A stretch of DNA of 63,415 nt, the filler included, from Saprolegnia diclina VS20 (Eukaryota), in the NCBI RefSeq assembly GCF_000281045.1. It is 31 parts of 31 records of this genome, joined end to end, with 100 filler letters (N's around TTAATTAATTAA, not from the genome) between each part and the next. Parts side by side here need not be neighbours in the genome. Positions count along the whole stretch, not along the records: positions 46,899 to 48,677 come from NW_008246402.1; positions 48,778 to 50,571 come from NW_008246403.1; positions 50,672 to 52,443 come from NW_008246404.1; positions 52,544 to 54,320 come from NW_008246405.1; positions 54,421 to 56,188 come from NW_008246406.1; positions 56,289 to 58,021 come from NW_008246407.1; positions 58,122 to 59,838 come from NW_008246408.1; 24 more parts are not named here. One strand, written 5' to 3'. The notes under the pieces were generated by a model that did not search any database, was not told the origin of the DNA, and was given only the letters and a program-made list of their open reading frames with translations. The translations under genes were made by a program, and so were the position numbers. This document shows positions 46,899 through 58,812 of the stretch, in pieces (positions within the stretch are counted from its first letter, which is position 1; each line of letters begins with the position of its first letter).

Positions 46899-48305
46899 TC
46901 GTGCGTCGCGCACCTCGAAGCCGAGCACCGGCTTCGCCGCACCGGCACGTCGTCGTCGCTGCGGTCGTCGACCGAGCTCCACCGGCGGCACTCGTCCCGC
47001 TCCAACATGTCGGTCTACTCGGAAGACGACGTCGGCGAGGCCAACCTCTTTCAGCTCTCGCTGCGAGGCAAGGACGCCCCGACGTTGATTCGCCGTCCGT
47101 CGAGCTCGATGGAGTATGCGCTCGACTATAGCTGGAAACACAAGTGGCCCAAGCCGCCGACGCTGCCGTTCGAAGCCGACCGGCTCATGGTGCTCAAGAG
47201 CTTCGACTTGCTGCGGAAGGACGTGACGTTTGATGCGATTTGCGAAATCGCCGCCAAGGTGCTCCAGTGCCGGATCGTGACCGTCGGCTTCATCGACGAG
47301 CACCGGCATTGGTTCAAGTCGAGCATGGGGCTCGCGCAGACGAGCATTCCGCGGAGCATGTCGTTCTGCGCCCACGCGCTCGCGTCCGAAGATCCGCTTG
47401 TGGTGCTCGACACCCGGGACGACGACCGCTTCATGCACAACCCCATGGTGACCGGCGCGCACATTCAGTTCTACGCGAGCGCGCCGATCGTCCACAGCAG
47501 CGGCCACGTCCTCGGAACGGTCGCCGTCATGGACCAGCATGCGCGGACGGCTTGTGACCCAAGCATCCTCGAGACGCTGGCGTCCGTCGTCATGAAGAAG
47601 CTCGAGACGACGGTCCAAGTCCGCACGAAAGCGCACTCGGTCAGTAGCAACAGCGGGTCGCACGAGCACGAGCACGACGACGTGCCGTCGCCGTCGCAGC
47701 ACGCGCCGTCGCACCTCGTGTTTACGGACAAGGACCTCCTGCATCGGAGTCTGTGGGTCTCGGATGCGAAGCGCAACAACTGCTTTGTGTGCAAGAGCAA
47801 GTTTTCCATGTTTCTGCGCAAGCACCACTGCCGGACGTGCGGCGAAGTCATCTGCAAGCACTGCGAACGCTCCGCGACCGTCCACATGAGCGCGGCGGCC
47901 ACCGAGATGGAAAAGGTCGCGCGCGTGCCAGTCTGTCTGACGTGCCTTGCCCAGAAGAAGACCGCAGCAGTGGCCGCAGCGACGCCCGCAGTTGTCGACG
48001 ATGCCGCGCCCGTGGTCGTCAAGAAGGCGCGGCCGATCGCCGACAGCATCATGACGGTCGATGAGATGGACGACGACGACGACGACGCGGTGCCGCTCCT
48101 CGACCGGCACATGGCTTTTGACGTCGACATGTGCGAAGTCGTGTACACAGACAAGCCCCTCGTGCTCGAACCGCCACCGGCAGCGCCCGAGCTCCAGCGG
48201 GATATTTCGCGCACTGAGATTGAGTCGATGCTCGCCAAGCTCCTCTCGCAGTCGACCGACACACTGCATCAGCTGTCGTCGCAGCAGGACAACCAGCATC
48301 AATGA
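46899..48305 (+). CDS. GAF + FYVE zinc-finger protein, 5' partial
   Basis: GAF: EADRL..L...FDAICEIA..WFKS..G...IPRSMSFCAH...FMHNPMV...FYASAPI. FYVE: WVSD...CFVC..KF..FLRKHHCRTCGEVIC..C...VC.TC. Confidence 0.92.
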   Translation, partial: SCVAHLEAEHRLRRTGTSSSLRSSTELHRRHSSRSNMSVYSEDDVGEANLFQLSLRGKDAPTLIRRPSSSMEYALDYSWKHKWPKPPTLPFEADRLMVLKSFDLLRKDVTFDAICEIAAKVLQCRIVTVGFIDEHRHWFKSSMGLAQTSIPRSMSFCAHALASEDPLVVLDTRDDDRFMHNPMVTGAHIQFYASAPIVHSSGHVLGTVAVMDQHARTACDPSILETLASVVMKKLETTVQVRTKAHSVSSNSGSHEHEHDDVPSPSQHAPSHLVFTDKDLLHRSLWVSDAKRNNCFVCKSKFSMFLRKHHCRTCGEVICKHCERSATVHMSAAATEMEKVARVPVCLTCLAQKKTAAVAAATPAVVDDAAPVVVKKARPIADSIMTVDEMDDDDDDAVPLLDRHMAFDVDMCEVVYTDKPLVLEPPPAAPELQRDISRTEIESMLAKLLSQSTDTLHQLSSQQDNQHQ

Positions 48306-48777
48306 TCGTCCTGTCTCGTCGTCGTCGTCGTCGTTGTAATAATTGAATCGTGTACCGTGTCGTTTACATTTTTGGATGACAATGTGTACATAGGCCTGTG
48401 GACCACAACGAGACCTACTAGAGTATCAACCTATCGGTTCCGAGTCCACACCAAACATGTGGTCGTGGTCTAGCCAAAGCGACAGACAGCCCTACCGTTA
48501 ATCTAAGGACCACAGTAAACATTGGCTCTGTCTAAAAGCTGTTGAGCGAAGGGTGCAATGGATCATGATGGCAATGGATGATGCAGGGATGATGCTAGTT
48601 TCGAGCTATGTCATATGGGGTCTACTACTGCGTCGTTGTCGCATCCGACATGTTAATCGCCAAGTAATTCCGCGCATNNNNNNNNNNNNNNNNNNNNNNN
48701 NNNNNNNNNNNNNNNNNNNNNTTAATTAATTAANNNNNNNNNNNNNNNNNNNNNNNNNNNNNNNNNNNNNNNNNNNN

Positions 48778-50247
48778 CTTCATTGCGACGTCGTTCTGTA
48801 TCGCATGAAATATATTGCTGCGCAATGCAGCGTACCTGGTCGCAACGACCAAGCAGAGACTTGTCGTTCTCGAGCAGCGTTTGAACGATCGCAATGTGGC
48901 CGTTCGCAGCCGCAAAGTGAAGCGCCGTGTCGCCATTCTATGGTACAACAATGGTGAGCATCTGTTGAGAAGACGCAGAGTGTACCTCGTTGGTTGTCGC
49001 AGGGTGCACGCCGTGCTTTAGTAGCTCTGCCACCATCTCTTTGTCGTTGGTCGACGCTGCGTGGCGCAAGACTCCTGCCACGATGCTCTATGATGTCGTT
49101 GGAAATCGCAGGAGAGAATTGAAAAAGTGCACCTTGTCCACAGCGTCAAGCTGCGCGTTGGATTGGAGGAGCGCGTACGTTGCCTCGATGCTGCCTGTTG
49201 CAAGTGCGATGGCAAGTGCTGTCCTCCCACTCTAATTCGTTCCATTAATAGGGATCGAATGGAAGTATTTAGTGTACCGAGTCGGTGGCGTCGATCTCGA
49301 GGTTGGGGTTTTCAAGCATGGTTGCAAGCAGTTTGAGATCTTGCGTCGCTAGTACGAGATGCAGCAACGTCGTTCCGTCCTACAAAATTACGTTTACAAA
49401 AGCGCAGCCCTTTGAGGCATATGTACTGGCTCCTGATGGTTGACGTTGATCGTCTCTTGCTGGAGGAGACTGTTGGCGTCCAGAATGCGCTTGTAGCGCA
49501 GAGCCTTGGCAAGCTACAAGTATAGTTTTGTATTCCGATAGTCCAACAAATGCGCATCAACAAATTTACCATGGCGGTTTGCAAAGGCTCTTGGACTTGG
49601 ACGTGACCGTATTGTTGAGCGTATATGAGGGGCGTTTTGTTGAACTACAAGTCCAAATACGATGGAAATGAGTGAGGATTTCGTGCAAACGTACCTTGCT
49701 TGTCGCATCGACGTTGGCGCCGTAAGCCAAGAGAAGACGAACGATCTCCACTTTATTGTTTCTCGAGGCATAGTGCAGTGGCGTGGAGAGGTACTACGCA
49801 AACGCAATATGTGAAATTTGTGAATGAAGAAAAGACGTTTCGGACAACACACAACGTACGGTGGATTTGGCTTCGATCTTGGCGCCTTTTTCAAGCAAAA
49901 AGCGGACAATCTCCAAACGACCACACATAGCAGCTTTGTGCAGTGGCGTTCGACCATCCTACTCCCATAGACATATCCATCTTCATGGTGGATCGATGGA
50001 GGAAGAGTACGCTGTCGTAGCACTCGATGTTGACGCGGTCGTTGAGAGAGGAGATGACGGCAGCCAAGTTGCCACCTCCTGCAGCTCGGAGAAGCGCTTC
50101 CTACATCATCGCATGAGCATCGTACCATTGGCGTCGTCGTCCGAGTACCTCCTTCGCCTTCGTCTCCCTCGCCTTCGCTTCCGCCTTCTCCTTCGTCTCC
50201 CTCGCCTTCGTCTGCTCCGGCGTCTCCGACTGCCACAACCCAAACAT
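48778..50247 (-). CDS. Multi-exon ankyrin-repeat protein, about one repeat per exon, 3' partial
   Basis: Starts MFGLWQSETPEQTKARE, then phase-0 exons EALLRAAGGG.., DGRTPLHKAAMCG.., YLSTPLHYASRN.., FNKTPLIYA.., DGTTLLH.., SGRTALAIA.. and NGDTALHFAAANGH.., separated by short GT-AG introns. Confidence 0.82.
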
Positions 50248-50894
50248 GTTGCAAAATGGTCGGCTTTTGCATTCCCCCTTATCATTGGCTGATTTTCCTC
50301 CAATCCGCGCACGAAATTATCATTCGCCACGCCAAGCGACCGCAAGGGACATTTGCCTGACCAAGCGATATCGACACTGCGCATCGTCACCTCTGCAACG
50401 TATAAGTATACTACAAGCTACTTAGTACGAGCTTGCTACAAGGTGACGTCCCTAAAAATCACGCAGACCCTCGCGACGCCGCGATAGTTCGCATCCAGCT
50501 CCAAGTCCATCTCGACTGTTAACAAGCAAGACGTGTGCGTTTGGCCATTGGAGGCTGCTTGGTGCAGTGGCNNNNNNNNNNNNNNNNNNNNNNNNNNNNN
50601 NNNNNNNNNNNNNNNTTAATTAATTAANNNNNNNNNNNNNNNNNNNNNNNNNNNNNNNNNNNNNNNNNNNNGGCACGATCGCGGTTGCCGCAAGGACGAC
50701 AACGTCGGCGACAGCCATCGTCAATTTGTGATGATATGCGGAGGCATCCGGATAATTGCACTGCTTCAATTGCCGGCTATTGGCTTTTCACAGTTTTCGG
50801 TAGTTGAGTTTTCAGGTGTATGTACAGTATATGCAAACTCATGTTTAACGTGTGCATGGGTCAATAAAAAAGCCCATGCGTGTATTCGTATGTT

Positions 50895-52322
50895 TTAGTT
50901 CGTGGGGCTATGGAGACCGTACTCCGTAGCCGATCGATGCGTCATTCGAACGCCGTATCTCGCTTCAGCTTGGCGCGTCACGTCCTCGAGCTTTTCTGCG
51001 CAAAAGTCGATCGACACCTCGACCGTGGTGTTGACCAAGTGCGAGACGGCGCGAGCGAGTGCCCAGAACATGATCTCGTCGACAGTGTTGGGCTTTGGCG
51101 TCGACGTATCTTGCAATACCCCGCATGGCCTCCCGTTGAGAGCGGTGCTCAAGAAGCTTGTGCGGAGGGTCCAATGGCGCGCGGCTATCTGTCGCAGTGA
51201 TAGCGACTGGCCGTACACGAAAATGTCGTAGACAGTGACAGAGTGGAGCCGGTGCAAGCCAAAGAGCCACCGCAGAAATGCGTCCAGCGCTTCGCTCGCG
51301 AGGTCGACAAACCGAAGCGCCAGCGCGCGCAGCGATATCGGGGCCTTCGCCAACGTCGACGGCATCTCGCAGAGCGCGCCGCCCACTAATGTGAGCTCTC
51401 GCAGGTTGATCATTGATGGTAGCAAAGGCAGGACCCCGCTCAGGTCCGTGAACTCAACGTCGAGATGAGTGAGCGCGGAAAAATTGAGACGCGATACGAG
51501 GTGGGACGCGCCTTTCGGGACCATCGTGATGGCAAACCTTGTCAGCGGTGGTAGTGGCGTGGGGGTAGCGATTAGTGCCGTGACGAGCTCAGCCGAGTGC
51601 CAGATCTTGAGGGTTGTCAAATGTGAAGCGGATACAAGCACGTCACCAACGGCAGCCGCGTCATCGGGCGCCAAATCGCATTCGAAACTGACGTGCTTGG
51701 GCTTGCTTTGGCCGTTCTCAAGCCACCGCCGCAGCGTCACTGCGAGGTTCGAATCGACGATGCGGTCGTCCGGAGTGTACTCCAAGTCGAGGCTATCGTC
51801 GACAAGCGTCACGTGGCGAACACTCGACGGCAGCGACGGCAGTAGTGTACCAAACGCATCGACGTAGACGCTCACGTAATCGAGGCGCGTGCAGTGCTGC
51901 AGACAACGCAACCTCTCGACGTCGGCGCGAGAGATGCGATCGCGAACGAGCGTGACCTTGGTGGGCCAGGCTGTTATGAATGTGCCGAGGTCGGAGTACC
52001 GACCCGAGAGCGCGCACGCCAGGCTTTTACTCTCCTTGATGTGTATAGCTGGGATCGCTGGCAGCGCAGCGCGGGCAAGATCTCTCTCGGCTTCGTTCAG
52101 GTCCTCGAGAACGATCGCTGGCCATTGGTCTCGAAAGGTCGAGGACGTCGTCAAGAGCATAAGCAGCGCTCTCAGTGGCCCATCAAGGGACGGCAAGGCG
52201 CACAGAAAGGCGACGGCATCCTGATGCGAGTGGAAGCACTGGACGATGCAGAGGCGGAGGTGGTCCAAGGCCATCGCTGGCGTCGGCACCCCGCAATGTC
52301 GCTTGGCCGTCACTTGGTCCAT
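50895..52322 (-). CDS. RNI/LRR-like protein (Saprolegniales-type expanded family)
   Basis: 475-aa intact ORF: ..AFLCALP..LDGPL.AL..LL...WPAI.., LTTLKI, LTHLDV, LRELTL, LRALAL. Confidence 0.7.
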   Translation of the reverse strand: MDQVTAKRHCGVPTPAMALDHLRLCIVQCFHSHQDAVAFLCALPSLDGPLRALLMLLTTSSTFRDQWPAIVLEDLNEAERDLARAALPAIPAIHIKESKSLACALSGRYSDLGTFITAWPTKVTLVRDRISRADVERLRCLQHCTRLDYVSVYVDAFGTLLPSLPSSVRHVTLVDDSLDLEYTPDDRIVDSNLAVTLRRWLENGQSKPKHVSFECDLAPDDAAAVGDVLVSASHLTTLKIWHSAELVTALIATPTPLPPLTRFAITMVPKGASHLVSRLNFSALTHLDVEFTDLSGVLPLLPSMINLRELTLVGGALCEMPSTLAKAPISLRALALRFVDLASEALDAFLRWLFGLHRLHSVTVYDIFVYGQSLSLRQIAARHWTLRTSFLSTALNGRPCGVLQDTSTPKPNTVDEIMFWALARAVSHLVNTTVEVSIDFCAEKLEDVTRQAEARYGVRMTHRSATEYGLHSPTN

Positions 52323-53211
52323 CTCTGAGCGCTGCTTTGGAGAAATGCCAACTCGTAATGGTGGCCTTCAATTGACCGTCATTCAGGCCAGGGCGGGTTG
52401 TAGTCGGAATGTCGGTCCATTTCAGAAGAGAACCAATCACAAGNNNNNNNNNNNNNNNNNNNNNNNNNNNNNNNNNNNNNNNNNNNNTTAATTAATTAAN
52501 NNNNNNNNNNNNNNNNNNNNNNNNNNNNNNNNNNNNNNNNNNNATGCAAATCCAGCGAACTCGGCCTCCGAAACGCAAACAACTTTCATCTTTGCGATAG
52601 TGCGTATCGCTTCGGAACCAAACACGGAAAAACGCTAGCTTCAAAAGTGGCTCATGTACAATGTCATCTTTTCCAGCAATCGGCCTCCCTGAAGGAGGCG
52701 ATGTTTCGTTTATGATCCTAGCCGCGGTACACTGCTACCGGTGCGTTGTTTGATAAGTTGAAAATACAAACTCAGCCGCCACCTTGGATCGTCTCTAAAG
52801 CCGTAGACCATGCCACCGCGCAGCCAGTATAGCTAGGGATGTTTGCGAGGTGGCTGGGCCGCGCATCTCGTTGATACGCACACAAAAACATCGCCTGGGT
52901 CTCGAGTATGAAGGGAAAAAGGCGCTCCAACGTATCTGTTCTCCCTATTCTCAGTGATCGATCCCCTAAAGTGGCGATGTATTTCTCTCTATTGCTGCGA
53001 GAGGGCCCGAGGGCTTGGAAAACCCAATTCACGGCCCACTGTTGTTGTTGGATGAGTATGAGTACATATGAAAAACGACCTCGATCGCGGTCCTCGCCGC
53101 CTCCTTTTACCAAACCGTCCATCACGCCGCTACCCTAAAATGTTGCTGTCTGGTGTGTCAAGGTGGCTGCTTGCTTACTAGGAAACGCAACGTAATGGCA
53201 AAGTGGATTCG

Positions 53212-54056
53212 CTATTTGTTGCTCAGATTCGCTTGCATCATTTCAATCGTGCGCCGCATAAACTCGAGCTGCGCCTCGCGCTCCGCTTTCTCCATCTCGA
53301 ATCGCTCGTCGCGTTCGGCCTTTTCAAAGAGGAGCCGCTGCTCCTCGAGCTCAAGCTTGCGTCGACTCAAGGCGAGTTCCTCCTTCTTGACGGCAACTGC
53401 CTCTCTTTGGGCGGCAATTTCGTCTCGCTTGAGCGCGTTGGTCGACTCGATCATGCTAGTAAAGGCTGCGAGGACGCTCGCTAGATCGTTCGCCGCGCAG
53501 TCCTCTCCTTTGCTCTTCTTGGATAGCGTTTCAGCGCTGTCGTCCTCGTCCGGGACATCGTCGGTGGTTGCCTTGCGCTTAAGTCCTTGCTGCGCCGCCG
53601 CACGACTGCGGTGCGCATCTGGCTCACGCTTGTCGGTCTTCTTGTCCTTGTCGGTCTTGCTCGCTTTTTTCCTGTCCGCGGCCGCTTCCAACTACACACC
53701 GATTTATCTAAGGACAAGCAGACACTGCGAAATGGACGCACCAAGTCCGACATTTCCTCCAGTAGCACGTACCGCTGGCTCATCTCCTCTTCGGTGCCGG
53801 ACGCACGCAAGCCCTTGACGGTGTCTGTCTTAAAGGCTGCCATGAGGTCGTCAAAGCGCTTGCGGCAGCCGGCCACCGTGAGGTGCTCGCCGTGGAGCGT
53901 GCGCATGTAGCTGGTGACGTCCTCCCAGCGCGCGGTGGTCTGCCCGTACGGAGCGTCGTGCGGAGCCACATTGATCACCTCCTCCAAGAGATCAATGTCC
54001 GTGTGCACGCTGAAGCGATACGTCGGCTTCTTGGACTTGGTTGGCTCGTCGCCCAT
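53212..54056 (-). CDS. Myb/SANT-like coiled-coil protein (copy of 21259-22103); intron 53692-53741
   Basis: Identical translation to the first copy. Confidence 0.75.
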
Positions 54057-54420
54057 GCGCGTTTTTGGTTTTGACAGGCAAAAATGGATGGTGAAAAGTC
54101 GGATCCCGAATTCTTTGAAATTCGAATCTAGAATTCTTGATGGTAAATGCCGCTTACTACAGACAAGATGGGGCCATTTAAATATCGGTATTTAAATTGC
54201 GATTTTTTCTATGGGTATTTTTATTTTTATTATTTCTCAAAACGGAAAGATCAGCTCGCGCGGGAAGGTGGCGCCACGCAGCAAGGCCAGTCGACCGGCC
54301 TCGGGCGGACTCTTGCAGCCNNNNNNNNNNNNNNNNNNNNNNNNNNNNNNNNNNNNNNNNNNNNTTAATTAATTAANNNNNNNNNNNNNNNNNNNNNNNN
54401 NNNNNNNNNNNNNNNNNNNN

Positions 54421-54821
54421 GTGACGTTGCCGCCCACCGTGATGTTCTTGTGCATGGGAAAGCGACCCGAGAGGATCTTCATGAGCGACGACTTGCCCGA
54501 GCCGGGCTGGCCAAGAAGGAGCGTCGTCGTGCTGGGCTTGAAGACACCCGACATCGGGTGCAGCACCTCCTTGCGGATCGTGCGCTTGGAGCTGAAGAGA
54601 CCCATGACCGACTTCTTAGCGTGGTTGAGCAAGGTCGGGAGCTCGTGGCCGTCCTTGGTAGCGACCGCGACGTCGGCCGAAATGGCGAGATCCTGGAAGC
54701 GGATCTCCATCTGCGGCATGGCCTTGCCCATGGACGCTTCAAGCTGCGCGGCGAGCGATGCATGGAAGGCGTCCGAGCCGTCCTGGAGGAACGCATCGGC
54801 GGATTGTGGCGCAGGTGGCAT
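54421..54821 (-). CDS. ABCG/PDR-type transporter, N-terminal fragment
   Basis: MPQMEIRFQDL, ELPTLLN, VLHPMSGVFKP, and Walker A LLLGQPGSGKSSLMKILSGRF. Confidence 0.92.
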
Positions 54822-54843
54822 GGCGGGATGGGTGGTCGAGCCA

Positions 54844-54860
54844 GCAAAAGCGATAATGAG
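54844..54860 (-). promoter_or_regulatory. Oomycete Inr+FPR core promoter
   Basis: CTCATTATCGCTTTTGC upstream of the ABCG ATG. Confidence 0.55.
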
Positions 54861-57850
54861 TCTTGCTCACCACAGATACTACCTGCAGTAGCATCGTCGC
54901 CTGAAGCAGATGAGTTGCACTCCTGAGGCACGCGAGCGATGATGCAAAGCGGCCTATTCATCAACGATTTGGCTGATGAGTAAATTGAGCACGATTTCAA
55001 AACAGCTTTTGTTGTCGTTACGAAAAGGGGGTGCTGTCCCACCTTGTTGTACTTGCTCTTTGTATGTTGTGGGCGCGGACACGACCCCTTTTCGTGCAAA
55101 TCAAAGGCTTGGCCACGCCACTTCCCACCACAATGACAGTCCAGTGACGCGTAAAAATCACACACTCGCACACCACCATTGCGGTCGTGAGCAAAGATGC
55201 ATCCGGTTCAATGGGCCTTCGTCGCCCCAGAAAGGGAATGCGCCATGACCGCATTCTTCGCCTGCCCTCGCACGCCAACCTCTTCGCTGACTCGTGGGCG
55301 CCTCTGGCCGATCCTGGAAAAGACATTCGTACGATCGATTTCTCTGCATCGCGGCACATCTCTGTCTCAACCCGACTTTGCCGTTTGGTTTTAAACTGCA
55401 AACTGCAATTTGAGGTTGTAGCACCGAGAAGATTGTGACTTCTGGACGAACCAAGTGCCGCATTCGAGGACGCAACCAAGCACAACACAAGTCATCGCGC
55501 TCGCCGCAATTTTCGCGCCCGCGCCTGTCTTGCGTGTCACTTGACTGGCATTTGGGACATGCGCGACATGGTAGAGCTGGTGATTGCAAGGTTCCCTGAA
55601 GTTTACAGCTGCCCACGCCACGAGAGCTCCCGTGGTCTTGCTCTTGGCACACGAACCAACTCGCACAAAATGCCCTGGACTTGGCAATTGTGCAAAGCAC
55701 CCTTTCACAAGCCGTTCGTTCCGCTCGTACAACGAACGTCGAACCCGGTCCCACCTAAACTCGGTTGGTCAGAAGTCCTCTCACGCCTCGGTGTAATGCC
55801 ATATGTCGCTCGCTGTTGACCACAAAAGTGTGAGCAATCGATTTCCCATACAGGCAATAGCCAATCCCATGCAGCGATTCTAGGGCCCACGTGAGCACTT
55901 GCACAGGTGTCAAATGTGTTTTACACGTCTTTATCACGTATTTATCACTTCCCTGTCCTTTTCATATTGTGTTTTGAACATACCACGTGGTGGAAAATGT
56001 AGCTTCAACGTGTTGTGTGTGAGAAATAGCGTCGCGGCCACCGTGCAACCCGCAAGATTGCATCGCGCGATACGAAATGCAGGCTGATGGGGCAATCATC
56101 GCCGACCGAAGCCGGTGCCGAATTCCAGGAACGAGAACGCGAGGCACGGCTGATGACGGCACCGGTCGTCGACGCTACAGTGAACCCCNNNNNNNNNNNN
56201 NNNNNNNNNNNNNNNNNNNNNNNNNNNNNNNNTTAATTAATTAANNNNNNNNNNNNNNNNNNNNNNNNNNNNNNNNNNNNNNNNNNNNGGCGACGCACGA
56301 AGACGCATCGGCGGCCTTTTGAAGTCGCGGTGGCGACCTTGCGTACTGTACTACTTGATGATAAGCAACAATACAATTTGTACTTTTGGCTGCTACAAAA
56401 CAAGGGAAAGAGGTGCTTCGGGAGTGATATCGGCGAGGTCTTTCGACGCAAGTATCGCACTTCTCCAAGCGTCCACGTGGGTGGAGAGCTTTGCGTAAAG
56501 ACGGCAAATGCATCAGCACAGACGAACAGAGATGTCTTGGTCCGACAACGACTGGTGACTTTGAGTTCTGGTCGCAACCCGTGAGCCTTCAGGATGATCA
56601 AGGTAGCATGCTCGAGTCTAGTTGTTCCACTATGGTCCGATCTTGCGCCAGCACCCGAACCCTCTCACTAGGGTAGGTTTCGTGTCAGCTTGGTCAATCA
56701 TCGCAAAGAAGGGCTATTCAAGCAACATGTCTGCATCTCGTACAACAGCGGACCGCATGTCCGAGCCGAGGCCTCGCTGCTCGACACGTAGCTCGATTTC
56801 AACAGCCTGCGCGACTCATCAGCCTTGGCTACGCGGCAGGCAACTTGCACGGCTAGTACTCCACAAAGCCCATTTGCGAATTCCCTGTATGCGAACCAAC
56901 CAGGCTGAACGTCGTCGTGCATGGCTGGCTATGCACCAGCCGCCTCCTCGCCCGGAGGAGCGCCTCAGCGAGCGAGTACCGGCCCTGGGACGACTGCCAC
57001 TACCTACAGAACTAATGAGCGTGCATGGCGCTCCGCCAGCAAGGTGTCGACAGTGTGATCATGCCTTTTGGAGCGAGCGTGTCGAACGAACGCCGCCACA
57101 TAACTGCTTAGTTCAAACTATTTTGCCTTGATGTGGAGCATTGGCATTTGGCCGCTGCCAACAACATTGGCATCATTATTGACTACTCTCGCCTCGACCA
57201 ACGCTTCATCAACAGCGCTGCATGAACACAAACTTTGACGACCCCAACAGTCGTCTCGACACCAACTCGAGGAGCTCTGATGGACCATTATAGTCGACCG
57301 GGACGCGGCTAGTCGACCGGGACGCGGCTGCTGTTGTTGAAGCGAAGCGCCGGTGTCCAAGCGAGAGACGACCGGGACCATGCCGCCGTCGGCGAATCGA
57401 AGCGCCGGTGGCGTAGCGGGAGACGACGGGTCATCGTTGCTGTTGCAGCCGCTAGGGCGCTAGGTCGCCACTGCCGTCGTTGAGGCTTGTATTTACTGGC
57501 TGCGATCACTTCGAATGTTTGCTACGCGCTTTCGGTCGAACCCCGCTGCACGCCCAAGCAAGAGAGGCCAGCGTCCCGGTCGTGACCAGTGGGCCTCCGA
57601 GATGATCAACGTAGCATACTCGGTCGATCGAGAACCGAGCACCATGATCCAACCCTGCACCAGCCGAATCCTCGTTCATGATCCTACTAGTTGTAACTCG
57701 AACGATAGAAGGACACAACGTCCGTTTCGTGTCGAAGTGTTGCGAGAGTGCCATACAAGGTGGACCTTCTTGTTCTTGTTCGAACGGGGCTGCTCGTATT
57801 CGAGGGGTTGCTCTAGTTCCACGTGGGCGGTGGGCGACGCGCTCCGCCTT

Positions 57851-57867
57851 TCACTTTGCAATTCGCC
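57851..57867 (+). promoter_or_regulatory. Oomycete Inr+FPR core promoter
   Basis: TCACTTTGCAATTCGCC just before the ATG at 57874. Confidence 0.65.
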
Positions 57868-57873
57868 TTTGCC

Positions 57874-58021
57874 ATGAAGCTTCTCTGGGTTTGCGTCGTG
57901 GCCAATGCGATCGGGCTCTCGCTCAGTATGGAGACCGAGACGGCTCCGGTCGGCATGAACCTCTTGGAGGCCGCGGCCACCAAGTGCACGTGCGACAGCG
58001 AGTGTCCGCAGCTGACGTGCC
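57874..58021 (+). CDS. Putative secreted Cys-rich protein, N-terminal fragment
   Basis: MKLLWVCVVANAIG signal-like start, then KCTCDSECPQLTC. Confidence 0.55.
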
Positions 58022-58163
58022 NNNNNNNNNNNNNNNNNNNNNNNNNNNNNNNNNNNNNNNNNNNNTTAATTAATTAANNNNNNNNNNNNNNNNNNNNNNN
58101 NNNNNNNNNNNNNNNNNNNNNCTCGATCTCCATTTTCCAACTTTCAATCTCAACAAGACAACG

Positions 58164-58646
58164 ATGGCGTTCAACTTTTCGCAGAGCAACAAGGCGCTGC
58201 CGCTCAAGACCCGCATGGGCATCCGGGACAACAACGAGAGCTTCGAGACGTCGCTTGCCGCCATCCGCACGGCGACCGGCATCGACTTTGCGTTTGAGGT
58301 CCACGGCGACGTCCTCGCCTTCAGCAAGGCTATCGACGAGCGCTACGAGGACCGCCTTGGCGAGATTTTTTTTGGCGCGTCGTCGGGCGTCCTCCAGTCG
58401 CTCGTCACGTGCCTCACCAACGGCTGCGCCGACGAGATGGTGCAGGAAGATTTGCAAGACACGTGCTCGGCCAAGCTCCTCGTCTTCCGCGTCAAGCTCG
58501 AGGGCCGGCCCAGTGGCGGCCTCTACCACCCGCTCAGCATCGAGAACGGCGTCTTGTTTGTCGATTTTTACGCCGACGCTGTGTGGTCCAACGTCGACGA
58601 AGTCGGCTGGACCAAGCTCGAGGACGTCCCCCGCATCACCGCATAA
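58164..58646 (+). CDS. Hypothetical protein, 160 aa
   Basis: Complete GC3-rich ORF with an Inr-like CCATTTTCC upstream. No family assigned. Confidence 0.75.
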   Translation: MAFNFSQSNKALPLKTRMGIRDNNESFETSLAAIRTATGIDFAFEVHGDVLAFSKAIDERYEDRLGEIFFGASSGVLQSLVTCLTNGCADEMVQEDLQDTCSAKLLVFRVKLEGRPSGGLYHPLSIENGVLFVDFYADAVWSNVDEVGWTKLEDVPRITA

Positions 58647-58812
58647 GCCCTGCATAAGTTCTTATCTGCATTCGATGAGGCGAAGTTCGAAGTAATGAAT
58701 CTCGTATTTCGTATCACATGGGCAACTCCCTGCAAACAGGCCATTCAGCTGCGCGCGATGAGCAAAGTGCCCGGTAGTGCGATCTTCCAGCCAATCAGAC
58801 GTGGCGAAAAGC

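Noticed and set aside
49514..50272. 252-aa ORF with GDEGEG repeats
   Set aside because: Wrong frame. The spliced ankyrin gene starting at 50247 explains the region.
57291..57328. 19-bp tandem duplication TAGTCGACCGGGACGCGGC x2
   Set aside because: Only two units with no spacer; ordinary slippage.
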